DNA of 64,000 bases. Origin: Macrostomum lignano. Taxonomy: Eukaryota. This document shows positions 12,911 to 26,478 of this stretch, one piece after another; the first letter of the stretch is position 1, and the number at the start of each line of letters is the position of its first letter. The notes under the pieces were generated by a model. That model was not told where the DNA came from. It did no database searches and was given only the letters and a program-made list of their open reading frames with translations. The DNA lies in contig NIVC01001119.1 of assembly GCA_002269645.1 (NCBI GenBank), positions 186,001-250,000 on the forward strand, given 5' to 3'. A program made the position numbers and the translations under genes.

Positions 12911-14527
12911 CTAAAGAAAAGTGAAAAATAATTAAACGCAGTAAAGTAAAAGATTGCCCACTAGGCCTATGTGTACAAAAAATAAACCTAAGCTTCCCAA
13001 GAGCATCAACAGTAATTGTTGCATCACATAGACCCCTAGGCCTATTATTATAATGGAAAATGAGCTTTAGGATCACAACTTTTGTCTACAACTACAAGAT
13101 ATCTAGGGCCTATCAAGATAGGCATAGGCCTACAAAAACTCTAGAAATAATGATCCAGTGGCTGGGCTTAGGCTTAGCAATCATGGGATTATTAAAAAGC
13201 TTCTTAATTGTCACCAAATTTGACTTAACTATTGCCATATTTGCTTTTGCCAATTTGTTTGTTGGTCGGCGAGCTAAAAATGCCTTGTTTGCCAAAAGGG
13301 CGTCAATGATAGTGATGATGGACTGGACAGCAACAGCTATGCTGCTGTAGGAATTGGTTTCAGTGCCTGCAACAAAAAGTACATGAATTAATTTTTTGTT
13401 TGAATTATCTGTTTTAAATGAAAAAAATATGTCGGGAAACCCAAACGTTCGTGACGTTCATGTCTACGTCTATCTACATGTACTGATATGACTAAGGCAG
13501 GCAACAATCCATACATAACATAACCCATTTTGACAATAAAACTGACAGCAGAGACTACTAGAGCGGCTTGGGCAAGCAGGGTAGTAGACTAAATATACTA
13601 AAAATGGTTTGTCGGTATGTCAGTGTGTCTGTCTGTCGGTATGTGATCAATTATCATTGCAGAGACGCTAAAGAGACGCGCGCGCACGTAACAAATGGTA
13701 AGTAATCAAAAGTTAAAAAATAGACTTACGCAAACAAATATTTATAAGCAGTTGCACGCTTTAGGATTTGAAAGTATCTCAAAAAGGCATAGAATATATG
13801 AAGCATATTTACCTAACATTATTTTTTAAATACCAACAAATTAAATACAAATTCAAATTGAGGCCCTCTTCTAATTCATATTGATTTCTTACAACGCGTT
13901 GAATGCTTGTGCTTGTTTGTTCGTTGTAAGAACAGAACTATCTCAGTATCTGGTATCTGTATTAGGTCACGTCTAAGCTGAACATCTGGTCTGACTGGTC
14001 TTAAATGGAAAATGCGGCTATTAATATAATAAAGCCTAGGCTGTATAATTATAAGCCTTGCCCAACAGTAACAAAAGCATCATAAGCACATTAGCACACG
14101 CCACAATTTCGATTTAGCTTGTAGTTGTAGTGTACTAATATATATAGGCTAGGCCCCCTATTATTGCTAGAGAAAAAATCAATTTTTCAACACATATATT
14201 AGGGACTTTTGTTTAGTAAAAGTCCCATGTCTTGCCAATATGAATATATTTTTAGACAAGTCTGATTAAAAAAAGATTTTTTTAAAGTTTTTAAAACTTT
14301 TTTATTCAATTTATACATAGGCCCTAGAATAAGATTAAGAAGCAGTATAAAATAGGAAACAAAATACTAATACTTTTCATGGAAAAATAATGTTATTAAA
14401 ACTATGTCATCTTTTTTATTTATTAAAGTAGGGACTCCAATGTGATTTTGAAAGTTAAAAAAATTCAAGAGGTCTATCTCTTAATAAAATATGATGGACC
14501 TAGAGCTTGATTATATGAGTAAAAAGA

Positions 14528-16361
14528 GGTGTAAGACCAAGATAGCCATATACCAAGATGGCCACAGCTGGGGTGGGGGTCATGGAAAATGATAACTGGT
14601 TTACTATTGGATAGCTTTAGGTAAGGAGATGTGGGGTTGAAATGGGGGGGGGTTTAGACAGGCAGTCAAAATTTTTGAGAATGGTTTAAAGACAAAAATG
14701 GTTACAAGTCTTAATTTCCTACTTATAGTAGGCCCATACATGCGCAACCTCCAAAATTTAGTCAGCCAAGACAGCCATGCAACTTAGTTTTAATAAAATT
14801 AAAATACAACATAGTTTTTGGCCAAAAATGCAACTTACATGTAAAAAACCCTAAAGCAAAATTAATGCAATTTAAGTAAATGGCAAGAGTAACTATGACC
14901 GTCTTATACTCTTATTAAGTCAAAATGCCTCGTCAGCTACTTAGTACTACTATGGTATTTTTTTCGGGTGGGCATTTTTGCGACTTCCTTGGTTGGCCAC
15001 CAAATTGGTTGGCCGGATTAGCCGACTCGGCCGACTGTTGCCCAGGTATGAGTAGGCCCCTAAGAGGTGTAAACATATTTGATAATAAAATAGATCTCTT
15101 CTTCATATAAAATAAGTGTAGCTTTTTTGGATTTCTCTTATTGGTTGAGACTAATTTACTTGTTTAAAAGGGATAAAAACTAGATAAATTTCAAGCCCTA
15201 TTCAAAATTCATCTGTTTCATTCATTGACAACAGTAAGCACTTAGATACAAAATGGCAGGCGCATATCTATTGATCAGTATTCTGCAATGAACATGTTGG
15301 TGAGTTTTTCTCGCTTTGCAATCAATGCAATAGATGGGCTCTTATAGGTAACTTAGCAGTGTCTCAAGCTGCAGATGCTGCAGTAGTATATGTACAAGCC
15401 CCAAATTCTGACCAGCGGCTGTTTCTCTACCTGTTGAAAATCTAGAACCAGTGTATTTGATTCTGGCACAAGCAGAAAATTTTCTTTACCATTATCCAGA
15501 TTTCAATGACCCTGATCCAGCTCTAGAAGAATCTATTCAAATTCCTCCAGCAGAGCTTGCACTGCCCCGCAGCCCACCTCCCCAGCCCTTTAAGATTCTT
15601 ACAGGTACAGGATGCAGTCACGGGAAAGACCTTCTAGTGCAGTATGCCTAACGAGACCTTAGCCATCTGATAGATGCAAAAATGCATCGAAATAGCCACA
15701 CATACTATCGTTGCACTAAGTGTTTATCACTGCACTGTCATGGCTCCATAGTCTGCCGGGCTGATAGAACCATAGAAGCTCTTGCTCTGCATACGTGCAA
15801 TCCAGTAGATCGGCCAGCTCAGAAGAGAAAGGCAGCAAAGGAGGTAAAGGAGGGAGCAAAATGCATGTTGTTTACCTCTGTGGAGAGGAGATGAGAGAAA
15901 AGAGGGCAGAGATGAGAGAGAGAAAAGATAAGAGATAAGAGTGCAGAGATAAGAGAAAAGATGAGAGACAAAAGGGCACTCCAATTTTTGCTTACTTCTA
16001 TGATAACTAATACCTTTATCCTCTATCTTTAACTTTTAACATATACAAACAATACATCAATTAGTATATTGAGATAGGTTTGAAACTATTATCCATGATA
16101 CAAAAATCAAATGTCTTGTGCTAATAGTGCTATTAGCTTTAGTAGGTAGTAATACTTGCTGTAAAGGGAAGTGTTTTTTGTTTTACTAATCTAATTTCAC
16201 TAACAAAATCTGTCTTCTCTGAGACTTGATGCTAGGTCATACCCTACCCTAATCACAGCCAATAGGAAATGAGGAAATATATAGACCTATCACCTATTCC
16301 TATCCAAGCAGCCATTCAAAGCTATGGCCATCTTGGTATTTAGCCATCTTGGTCATGTGCC
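14528..16361. mobile_element. 1.83-kb TIR element with 8-bp TSD
   Basis: About 42-bp imperfect TIRs containing a doubled ACCAAGATGGC motif; TSD TAAAAAGA at 14520-14527 and 16362-16369. Confidence 0.8.
15451..15860 (+). pseudogene. Degenerate ORF with a FLYWCH-like zinc finger inside the 1.83-kb element
   Basis: ORFs 15451-15651 and 15682-15894 share a frame and are separated by one stop; YYRCTKCLSLHCHGSIV...ALHTC resembles FLYWCH/WRKY-GCM1 fingers. Confidence 0.45.
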
Positions 16362-17524
16362 TAAAAAGACACTTCACTTTTAAAATTTGGAGTACTTTTT
16401 ATAGGCACGATGGCTGTGTCTATAAGTATGGAGCTTATAGGCATGGCTATTATCATCAATATATGCAGGGCCCCTCCCAATTTTTTTATAAAATTGATAA
16501 TTGTATAACTCATTTTGAGTGCGTGCCAAATCTAGGAAAACACATTTGTTATAATACACATATTTTTCATAATACTTTATGCAAACTAATTTTTGTTTAA
16601 ACTAGCAGTAAATTTTAGTATAAATAGAAGCATTTTTGGCAGAGGAGAGACCAACCTTGCACATCGCGGTTCCTTAAGAACAAAAGCCAGTATCAAATAG
16701 AAATAGTTCCGAGTAAACATTATTGAAGATTGTTTTCCAAGTTATTCATTTGCAGAAGAGAAGTGAAGTGGCAGAGAACACATACAGTATATACGATTGA
16801 AAAGTGGAAGTAGTAAGAAACTACAAAGTAGATCCTAAATCAATACATAAAAGAATAACCGGAGGCTATGACCCTCTGATCTTGGTAATGCCCAGGACTT
16901 GAAAGTACATGCAATACATATACTAGTAAGCCAATATACCGCTCAGGCCAGAATAGCAGTAAATGCTACCAGAATAAAAGTAAATGCTACTGGAATAACA
17001 GAAGAATGATACTTGTAAGGGTTAAATAGTATTCTAAGAACAATATACTCAGACAAATTCTCAAATATATACTCAGACAACTACTCAGATATAAACTCAG
17101 ACTAATTCCAAGAAACATTTCCCAGACTTCTTTTAAGATTAATAAACTCATGATTTATTAATAGAATAGTCTTGGTGGTAGCTACCAACATTAGAACAAT
17201 TTATAAAGACAGAAGTCAAGCCCTGTAACAACTTATTGACAATTGGGGAATCATTTGTAGAGACAGAAGAATCAGCCCTTCAACAACTTTGGTGACTCAG
17301 CAGTGAGATTCTGTATTGTACAGGAACACCCTTTGACAACTTTGATTGCAGCAGTGGTATAATTTCAGTGAGAGGAAACATGCCTGTGACAACTTTGGTG
17401 GCAGCTTTAGGATATTCAATAATAGGAATTAGAAAAGTAGCCCTACAACAAATATAAAATGCATGTTCTGTAAGGCTCTCTCATAAGCAAATGGTGGTTA
17501 TATTGATAATCGATGATCGATGAT

Positions 17525-17930
17525 TATATACATGGCAGCCATGCCTATAAGCTCCAATATTATAGACACAGCCACCCACCATGTCTCTAAGTGTGAACCT
17601 ATTTATATTAATGACATGGCTATCTACCATGTCTCAAAGTGTGAACCTATTCAATATTAGCAACATAGCCACCCACTGTGTCTCTAAGTGTGAACCCATT
17701 CAATATTAATGACATGGCTACCATGAAAGTTTCATCAACATGGTAGCTATGTCTCTAATAGTGACTAGGTCCATACTTATAGACATGGCGCCTGTGTCTA
17801 TAATGCAGAACCTTATACATATGGCAGCCATGTCTATAAATATGGACCTAGTCACTATTAGAGACATGGCAGCCATGTTTAAAAGTTTCTATATTATAGA
17901 CACGGCAGCCATGTCTCTGAGTGTGACATT
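17525..17930. repeat. Array of palindromic AGACATGGCAGCCATGTCT-type motifs with a central long hairpin
   Basis: About 10 motif copies; 17739-17803 and 17813-17877 are near-perfect reverse complements; an inverted partner lies at 16400-16455. Confidence 0.75.
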
Positions 17931-20900
17931 TAACATTTGGCCTAGAATTAAAAAAGTTAAGGGCCTACGCTTATGTAACTTTTTGTATATATACTTTTGT
18001 TAATTGTTAGTTTTGTAATAGGCCCTCTACAAAATTGCCATAAAGGCCTGTGACCTTTTTAACAAAAAAAACAATTTAAAATCTATAACTTTTTTATTTC
18101 TTTAATTTTCTTATGATTAGTGTCATTTTTTCATATTTTATTCTAGTTTAAAAAAATGAATTAAAATTTGTTTGCTTGCTTAACAAAGTTCTTTTCTAAA
18201 AAAGAATTAAGTAGGAGAAGGTTGCTTATCTTTTGAATAAAAACAATGCTGTTTTTTACTTTTTTGAGAATAAAAAATAAAGTATATTTTATAATCTATT
18301 AAACTTTGCTTTTTATTTTTTAAAATGTAAACTTTTAATAAAACAAAATTTTTTTACATAGAAAAAAAATCGATTAGACTAGAGTTATACTCTTTAAAAA
18401 CTTTTAATGCAAAACACAAGAAAGTCCAATAATAAAAGGCAAATATGAGAGTTCTACATTGCTTTAAAAGTTTTAGCCTATCATTTTGTTTATAAATATC
18501 TTATTATTATATATTCAATAAATATATACTAGTAATTATATTTATATTATTTAGATGCAATAGTTTACTATATATGGTTTTATATACTATTATTATTAAC
18601 AGAATTTTAGTAGAAAAAGTTTGTTACTTTAATTTTCAATGTGTCAATCTTATATTTCATGTTTATAATATTAGCTAATATCATTTTTGATCTATATATA
18701 ACTTATAACATCCAAGCATTTAAGTGGTAGAAATAAAAATATAGCTTTATATACATGAATAATGCTATTATTTCTATAAAACAGTTAACTAGAAGTATTT
18801 CCATAAGTATTTCTTTATTTAACATGTCTAATTTAATTAGCTAGCATAGATTTTGCCTATTCTAAGATGTGCATAGTTATTTGTACCATTTACCCAAATA
18901 TTCAAAAAACTAAATAGCAAATTTTTATTAGGGAGGCTTAGTGTGCCATTATGTAGGGATATGCCATTTTACCTTTCTTATTTCTACATTGTTTTCCAAT
19001 GAAAGAATGAAAAAAGTAGAGCTACCTCTTTTACCTTAATAACAATAATAAAATTATGATTTCTTATGAGAATTTATATGTATTTTGATGATATACTAAT
19101 TTTAGTGAGTGGCAAGAGCTAGGCTAAGCTTTTTTGCTAAATATAATCATTTTTTATAAGAAATCAAATGGAAAGTTAAAAACCATGCTGCCTATAGTCT
19201 TAAGTTAGAGATGGCCTGAAATTTTGGCTAGAATTTTGGCTACCTTAAAATTTGCATTGAAAATGCATGAAATGCATAGTTTCAATTTCGGGTATTACAC
19301 TTTTGGGTACATTGATACCCAAAATTTCAAGCTCATTGTCTTATATCTAAAGCTGAGTAGATCAATCAATCAACTAGCCAAGTTTAATGTGTATTTCCCC
19401 TTAGACAGCTGCCAACTCAAATGCAAAACTTATGAAATGTTTATACTTTCTTCGATACTATCTAGAGATGGCCTGGCAGGTCTTGAAATCCCACTGTTGC
19501 CACCAATGAAGTATAGGTGTCTTGCCTGTGACTGTTGACTAGACTGCTGCCACTAATGTCATGTCTGCTGGCTTCCTCAAGCTGTCTCAGAAGGGCTGGC
19601 CGATCTTCTAGCTCTTGGTGGAGGTGTCTAGTTGGCAGTTTCAAAGAAACTGGTTCTCGTAGCATAGGTAGTGCTGCCACTAGCTTCGCAGAGTTGCAGC
19701 TTTCGGTGAGGTGCTAAGCTTGTAGAAGCAAATAACTAAGACAAGAGAGAAAGTCAATCACTTTGTGCAGATTTAGCAGTTCTCAAACAGGAGCGTCCAC
19801 AGTCTGCAGTCCCTGCTCGGCTAGTGTGGGGTTAGAGCGATGGTGCTAGCTTCGGGGGATCTAAGCTGCCTTGCTAATAGATAGCAAGAGCAATTTGATG
19901 TAGGCATGCACAAAGTTGGGAGTCTTAAGTTCAAACTTAGGGGCAAACTTGGCACACAAACTTAAAAGACTTTGACTGAGATAGAGAGGCAGGCAGAAAA
20001 CGGGCAAATGGGTGGAACAGGCTAATAGGCAAATGGGCTTGTCTGAACCAAGCCATGAGAGGGGCTACATTTATAGGGAGAATCAATTGCACTATAGCAC
20101 AAAAGACCCTACTAAGAGTCATGAGTGACTCTGTTGCTATTTTTAGCAACAAGCAAGCAGGTTCTGCCTCAGAGGAGGCAGGGGTCTTTGCGCACGTGAT
20201 GTCCCCATAAACACGAGCCTAGTGTACAATGATGAAATCATTGCACTTTGGACTAAAAAAGGAAGAAGGCCTGTCATGTGTCTGGCTCACATGATGAGGG
20301 GGAAAAAGCCCACAAGTGAAGGCACTTGTGACCTTGGGACCGGAAAACAGATGGCATTCCAAATTTGGAGATGCCAACCAGAGAACGAAACAGAGGCAGG
20401 CCAGCTGTCTAGGCACTGCAAAATGAGAACACAAGACAAAAGGAGACAAACAAGGACAAACAGACAGACAGGCAAATGGGCAAGGGACAGCCCAGAGGAC
20501 AGGCGAGAAGGGATAGGCAACTGCCCAATGGCAGATGAAGCCTGGGGCGAGGGCGAGGGAGGCAGCTGATTAGTGCAGCGCCTAACTAAATAGTGATCAC
20601 TACACTTATATGTATGAATGAAGAATTTTTGTAACCTTCTATGGCCAGTTTGCCTCTCTAGTAGAAGGGTTGCAGCAGCCTGTTTGTAAAAATAGCTATC
20701 CCAACCTCTGCCTGTGGGTCTTTGTGTATTGGAAGGGTGGGTACGTTCAATGTGAATAAAACCCCTGCATGTTGGGGGTTCAATTAAATTTAATGATTCC
20801 TCCAGAATAGGAGGTTTGGGCTTAGGCTAAGTGTACATAGCAGTTGTAACAGGTAAGCAGATAGCTAGGGCTATGCCAAGATTCAATTGGTTTTATTATC

Positions 20901-21130
20901 GGCACCTTTCCCTGTGTATTAGCTAAGCAATTAAATCATCACCTTAACACTAGAGTCTAGACTAGGCACTGCTAGGGCATAGATAAGATACCATACATAC
21001 CATAGTCACAATTAGTGAATCAATCTAAATCTGTCCCCATTTAACTCCTCCCCCTTCTCTGTATGTTTGTCACTTTAGCCACCTTTCCTCTTTCCCCTAG
21101 TCCCTGAATGTTTTCCACTTTAAACCCTTT

Positions 21131-21258
<128 letters not shown>

Positions 21259-22258
21259 GTCTCCTCACAATGGAGTTTTATAGGTTTGCTTGCCACCTAA
21301 ACTTTGGGCTCCATTGATCACCCTCTCCTTTCATTATTTGACTCCAAACCCCTAAGCTGGCAACCCCCAAACACCAAAACCAAAAGCCTAGTCTTGTGCA
21401 CAGATTTTTTTGTCCAATTTTTGTACTTATATCTTTTATTTTCATAATGAGTTTAAACTAACTAAAGCTGGTAGATGGAGTTTATGCATGATTTTTATAC
21501 TTATAGCTTAGCATTTTTTATTAGTTCATACTTAAAATAATGCAAAGTATAAATGGTGCTTTAAAAGAAACAAACAAGAATGTAACTTATTTGCTTTCAA
21601 AAGGATGAATTTGTAGTCAGTCAAATGTAACTCGACTATAGCTATAAATAAAATGAGTATTTATACTGATAGTACTATTTATATGGTACCATGCAAATAA
21701 TAAGTGCCTAAAATAAATGTATTTATTTTGAATTTGAAGAGCTCTTAATTTCCTGAAATTGGGGACTTAAGTAGTGAAGACAAAAATGTTTGATACTATA
21801 TGCTTATTAGGATAGGAGTATTGCAACTTGCAAGGCTAAAATTTAGGTAAATGTTCAAACTTTCAATATAAGGAGAACTTTTAAGCCCCTAGGGTTAGTG
21901 ACTGAAAGAATATTTTGACACTATATACACATTGTAGTTGGATAGTTAAGTTAAGGTGAACAAATTCTATAGAAAAGCTACCCAGGATTTACCATTATCA
22001 AAGAAATCTAGATTACAAAGGAGGCTTCTTGGAAACTAACTAATAAGCAGGCCATTGCTCTAATGGTAAGATCTTGATAGTTGGTAAGAATTGGAGATTT
22101 GTTACTTGAGTTAGTTAAACAATATAAGAGAAAGGAGAAAAAAGAGAAATGAAGTCTATTCTTCTTTTATCTATCAAGGCAGTCTTGTCTCATATGCAAA
22201 TTGTGCAACAACGAGCTTGCTAAAGTTTTTGGCATATACCATAATCAGTGCCACAATG

Positions 22259-22304
22259 TCATACACGCGCAACCTTGGGAATCAATCAGCTGTTTCTATT
22301 GGCA

Positions 22305-22338
<34 letters not shown>

Positions 22339-22432
22339 GTCGCTATTGGCTAAGAGCAGTCACATGACTACTATTCTGTCCAATAGCGACAGATGTTGCC
22401 AATAGAAACAGCCGGGTGAATCCCTAGATTTG
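22259..22432 (-). mobile_element. Longest copy of the hairpin-type interspersed element, with internal (CA)n
   Basis: Nested inverted repeats (GTTTCTATTGGCAAC / GTTGCCAATAGAAAC; GTCGCTATTGG / CCAATAGCGAC); reverse orientation relative to the other two copies. Confidence 0.75.
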
Positions 22433-22895
22433 TAGGCCTTGCCTAGTCTTCTAATAACTATCAATGACAACATCAATATACAAACCAATCATTCACTATA
22501 TTGACTTTGTCCTTAGTCTATCCATAGGTCTGCCCCTAGTTTATTAGAATATACAATAAGATATTATTTGGCCTTCTATATATGGCATACAATATAAAGT
22601 AAAAAAGTGTTAGATGCATGTTATTATGCTTAGGATGTTGAACTTTGTGACTTAGAAGCCAAAATTATAGTAATTTTAATATTTATAAGCATGAAGCCTG
22701 CAGATTTCTTCAACTTCAATAGGTCAGAGGCTTAAGGGTAAAGTATAGATATTAGTACTTGATTTAATTGTCCTTTGTTTTTAGTTCCTTAGTGAGGTCC
22801 ATGTTTTTTTCATATAAATTCATGTTACTAAATGCAATCCTCTGGTAAAAAAGTCAAATCTAAGCAAATTTCAATTTTGTTTGGCATCATTACAG

Positions 22896-25800
22896 GGCTG
22901 CAATTGCCACATTGACAGCCGTGCAGCCTGGCTCAGTTGGCCAGAAGCTACCAATGTAGAATTCACAACCGCAGATGAGCTGGACTCAGCTGTTGACGAT
23001 GTTGACTTGGTTGATGGAGTTCCAACTTTAAGATTTCTCTCTGCTGCAGCACTAACAGAGGACTCCAACTTTCTAAGAAATCGCTGTCTATCATTGAGTC
23101 CGCCTAGATCTGTTTGGCCTCAATTAGTTCGCAGTGCCATTAAACAGGGTCACAGTCTCAGCTTGGTTCATCTGGCCACTGTATGGCCTTTTGATGAGTT
23201 CTCAGTACTAGATACTGCGCCACTGTCTTTCACCGCAACAATTGACAGCCTTCAGAAGCCTAGTAGCTGTCGAAATCTTGCCCTGTCAGAAATCTGGTCA
23301 TTAATCTGCCTGGCTGTGATCAACCGATGCCGAAATAACTCGGCTTCATCCGCAACTGCACCAGCATCAATTCGCTTTCATTTGCCTGGTCAGCCGCCAT
23401 CTGCGCAGCAGCAGTTTGCTTTCCTTGATCAGCTAGCAAGTTGCGGCGATGTTAGCAGATCTGTTCAAGTTGATCTTGACGTTGCTGTTGAAGGTCAAAA
23501 TGAACTGTTGCGCCTAGCGTCTGTTGTATCGCGCTGTTATCGAGGTCAGCTACGCTTGCGACGACTTTGTGTAGCATCCGTGCATCCAATGAAACTGTTG
23601 AGCGTTGTAAACGAACTTAAAATTGGTAGCTGGAGAAGTGTTAATGAAGAGGTGGGTTTTTATAACAGCGTATTCAGATTTTGTGAATATAGATTTTAGT
23701 ATATAGGACTAGCAATCAGCGCCCCCCATTGGGACGGGGAGGCAACATATATAGAAATCCACATTTTTGGGATAAACTACATGTAAGTCTTTTAACATGT
23801 ACTGTTAGTATCCTAAGGAAAACGTGTTAAAAGCAGAAAAGATCCCCTGTAATCTTTGGAATTTTAAGCCCTGGCCTAAGCCTAACTCTCCTTCGATCTA
23901 CTTCGATCAATTGACCCTTGGCATCTCAGCGATTCTCCCCAAGAACAAAAAAAACACAAGTTCGAACCAGATAGACGAATTCAGTATCGAATAAAACATG
24001 AATAGCTGATGTGTGTATTAAGTCACCCGATCCTAAAACCTTACAGGCCTATGCTGTTACCCTAACAAAATTAAACTAAGCTAGAGGGCCCTTACTTTCT
24101 TTTCGTTATAAATCGCGCACACGACTAGCGTCTATCTTGTATTTGCAGCACAAGTTAATCTATATTTTTCTTTCCCAGTCGCTACCGATCAGTGTTTGTC
24201 TAACAGACACCGATCTGAGCATTGGCAGCCTATCTCAGGCCAATGCTAGTCAACTTTGGCAAAGTATTCTTGACAATGCAACCTGCCTGGACCTGAGCCG
24301 TAGTCGCCTTGATCGTCGTTCAGTTATTAGCCTAGGAGCGCTGTTAGGCCTGGCCTCAGTTGATCCCAATAATGCAGCAAATGCAACACCAATGAGCAGC
24401 CGTTTGCAGCATCTCAATTTAAGCGGCAATCCTGGCATCCAGCTGCCTTCTTTTGGTTCTACAATCGACAATTTGACTGCTTTGTGCCTTGCCGGCTGCA
24501 GATTGCGAGCGAACTCATCAGATCTGTTGGCTGTTATGAACGCTTGTCGTTTGACTTTGCAGCATTTGGATCTGTCCGATAATCCTTTGCTGCTTCCGGC
24601 GGAAGTGATTGAAACTTCCGGCGCTTCGTTCTATGGTAAACAGCCTTGTATGAGGGTTGTACACCCCGTGTCCTTCATTGGTTGTACACCCCGTATCCTT
24701 ATATAGTTGTATGACCCGTGTTCTTAGATAGTAAGGTACACCCAGTGTCCTTAGGTTGTTGTAAACCAGGGGCGACAAACTTTTACCGCAAGGGCCAGAT
24801 AGAGAATCTAGCGCATGACTGCGGGCCAGAGGATTGGAAGAGAGGAGAGAAAAGAGAGATAGGAGAAAGGAGATGAGGTAATAAAGAAAGTGAGAGGAGA
24901 CGAGATGAGGGATGAAATCGAAGAGAGGGAAAAGGAAAGAGGAGAGGAGAGAGGGAAGAGGAGAGGAGCGAGGGAAGAGGAAAGGAGGGAAGGGAAGAGG
25001 AGAGAAGGAAGAGGAGAGGAGGGAGGTAAGAGGAGGGAAGGAAGAGGAGAGAAGGGAGGGAAGAGGAGAGGAGGGAGGGAAGAGGAGAGGAGGGAGGGAA
25101 GAGGAGAGGAGGGAGGGAAAAGGAGAGGAGGGAGGGAAGAGGAGGGAGGGAAGAGGAGAGGAGGGAAGAGGAGAGAGGGAGGGAGGGAAGTGGAGAGAGG
25201 GAAGAGGAGGGAGGGAAGAGGAGAGGAGGTAGGGAAGAGGAGGGAGGGAAGAGCAGAGAGGGACGAGGAGGGAGGGAAGAGGAGGGAGGGATGAGGAGAG
25301 GAGGTAGGGAAGAGGAGAGAGGGAAGAGGAGGGAGGGAAGAGGAGAGGAGGTAGGGAAGAGGAGGTAGGGAAGAGGAGGGAGGGAAGAGGAGAGGAGGTA
25401 GGGAAGAGGAGGGAGGGAAGAGGAGAGAGGGAAGAGGAGGGAGGGAAGAGGAGAGAGGGAAGAGGAGGGAGGGAAGAGGAGAGAGGGAAGAGGAGGGAGG
25501 GAAGAGGAGAGGAGGTAGGGAAGAGGAGGGAGGGAAGAGGAGGGAGGGAAGAGGAGGGAGGGAAGAGGAGAGAGGGAAGAGGAGGTAGGGAAGAGGAGGG
25601 AGGGAAGAGGAGAGGAGGTAGGGAAGAGGAGAGGAGGTAGGGAAGAGGAGGGAGGGAAGAGGAGGGAGGGAAGAGGAGGGAGGGAAGAAGATGGAGGGAT
25701 GAGGAGAGGAGAGAGGGAAGAGATTTGGGAGATAAGAAAGAGAAAAGAGCTGAGAAGAGCCGCAAACCTTGAGCAGGCCAGATTTCTATTGTGAAGTTTC

Positions 25801-26448
25801 TATTGCTATTGTGAACCGGATAGAGAGGCTTCGCGGGCCATGTTTGCCGACCCCTGTTGTAAACACTATCCTGTGTCCTGTGTCCTTCAAGATGTGTCCA
25901 TAGACCTTAGACAGTGCAGTGCCATTAGTGGACGCGTGTCCTGAAGATATTCTGTTTAACTATTACGAGTGTCCTACTTGAACAATTTCACTTCTCCAGC
26001 AGAACTGTTTCGTCTGCAACGGCTGTCCTCGCTACGCCTAGCCTGTCTAACCAGTCCTGATGGATTGGACAGGGAAATTGGAGCCAACGGAAGCAACTCT
26101 TCGGTAGCTTTACTATTAGACTCTGTGCTAACCGGCTGCCCTAAATTGTGCCGGTTAGACATTAGCGATTGGCCAGTTGGCACTAGAGATTGGGCCACTA
26201 GCTTGCTGCCGATACTACTAACTAGTAGCGATGCGAGTAGGTCGCACTCTCTGAAATTGCTAGTGCTCAGCTGGCCTAGAGGCTATCAAGCGGACGATTG
26301 GTCCGATGGAAGCGGCGAATTTCGTGACGCTGATGATGGCGAAGATTTGGAAGAATTTCAAGCCGAGCTGGATATTGAAGCCAGGGACTCCTATGCTACT
26401 GGTGTTGATCGTTTGCAGTCTGCTGGCTGCGGTCTTGTTTGGGTCTAA
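22896..26448 (+). CDS. Leucine-rich-repeat (RNI-like) protein, at least 3 exons, no ATG at the 5' end
   Basis: Exons 22896-23651, 24179-24635 and about 25970-26448 are phase-compatible (the last acceptor is uncertain). LRR units LDLSRSRL, LQHLNLSGNP, LTALCLAGCRL, LQHLDLSDNP, LCRLDISDWP. Confidence 0.7.
23703..23945 (+). repeat. Unclassified interspersed repeat (copy 1)
   Basis: GGACTAGCAATCAGCGCCCCCC...AAACTACATG...CAATTGACCCTTGGCAT shared with 53543-53730. Confidence 0.65.
24767..25856 (+). mobile_element. hAT MITE with an expanded internal GA-rich polypurine tract
   Basis: TIRs CAGGGGCGACAAAC and GTTTGCCGACCCCTG; perfect 8-bp TSD TTGTAAAC (24759-24766, 25857-25864). Confidence 0.9.
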
Positions 26449-26478
26449 TATTTCCATTGTAGGCTCTCTGTGGTTTCT

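Noticed and set aside
19460-20520. Possible hAT transposase relic on the minus strand (SPKAATLR, LKLPTR...EDRPALLRQLEE)
   Set aside because: Motif resemblance is too weak and fragmented to call without a profile search.
24518-25765. Long Pro/Ser/Leu and Arg/Glu/Gly ORFs (also 45821-47435 and 60124-60418)
   Set aside because: Open frames through GA/CT tracts of the MITE family; no domain content.
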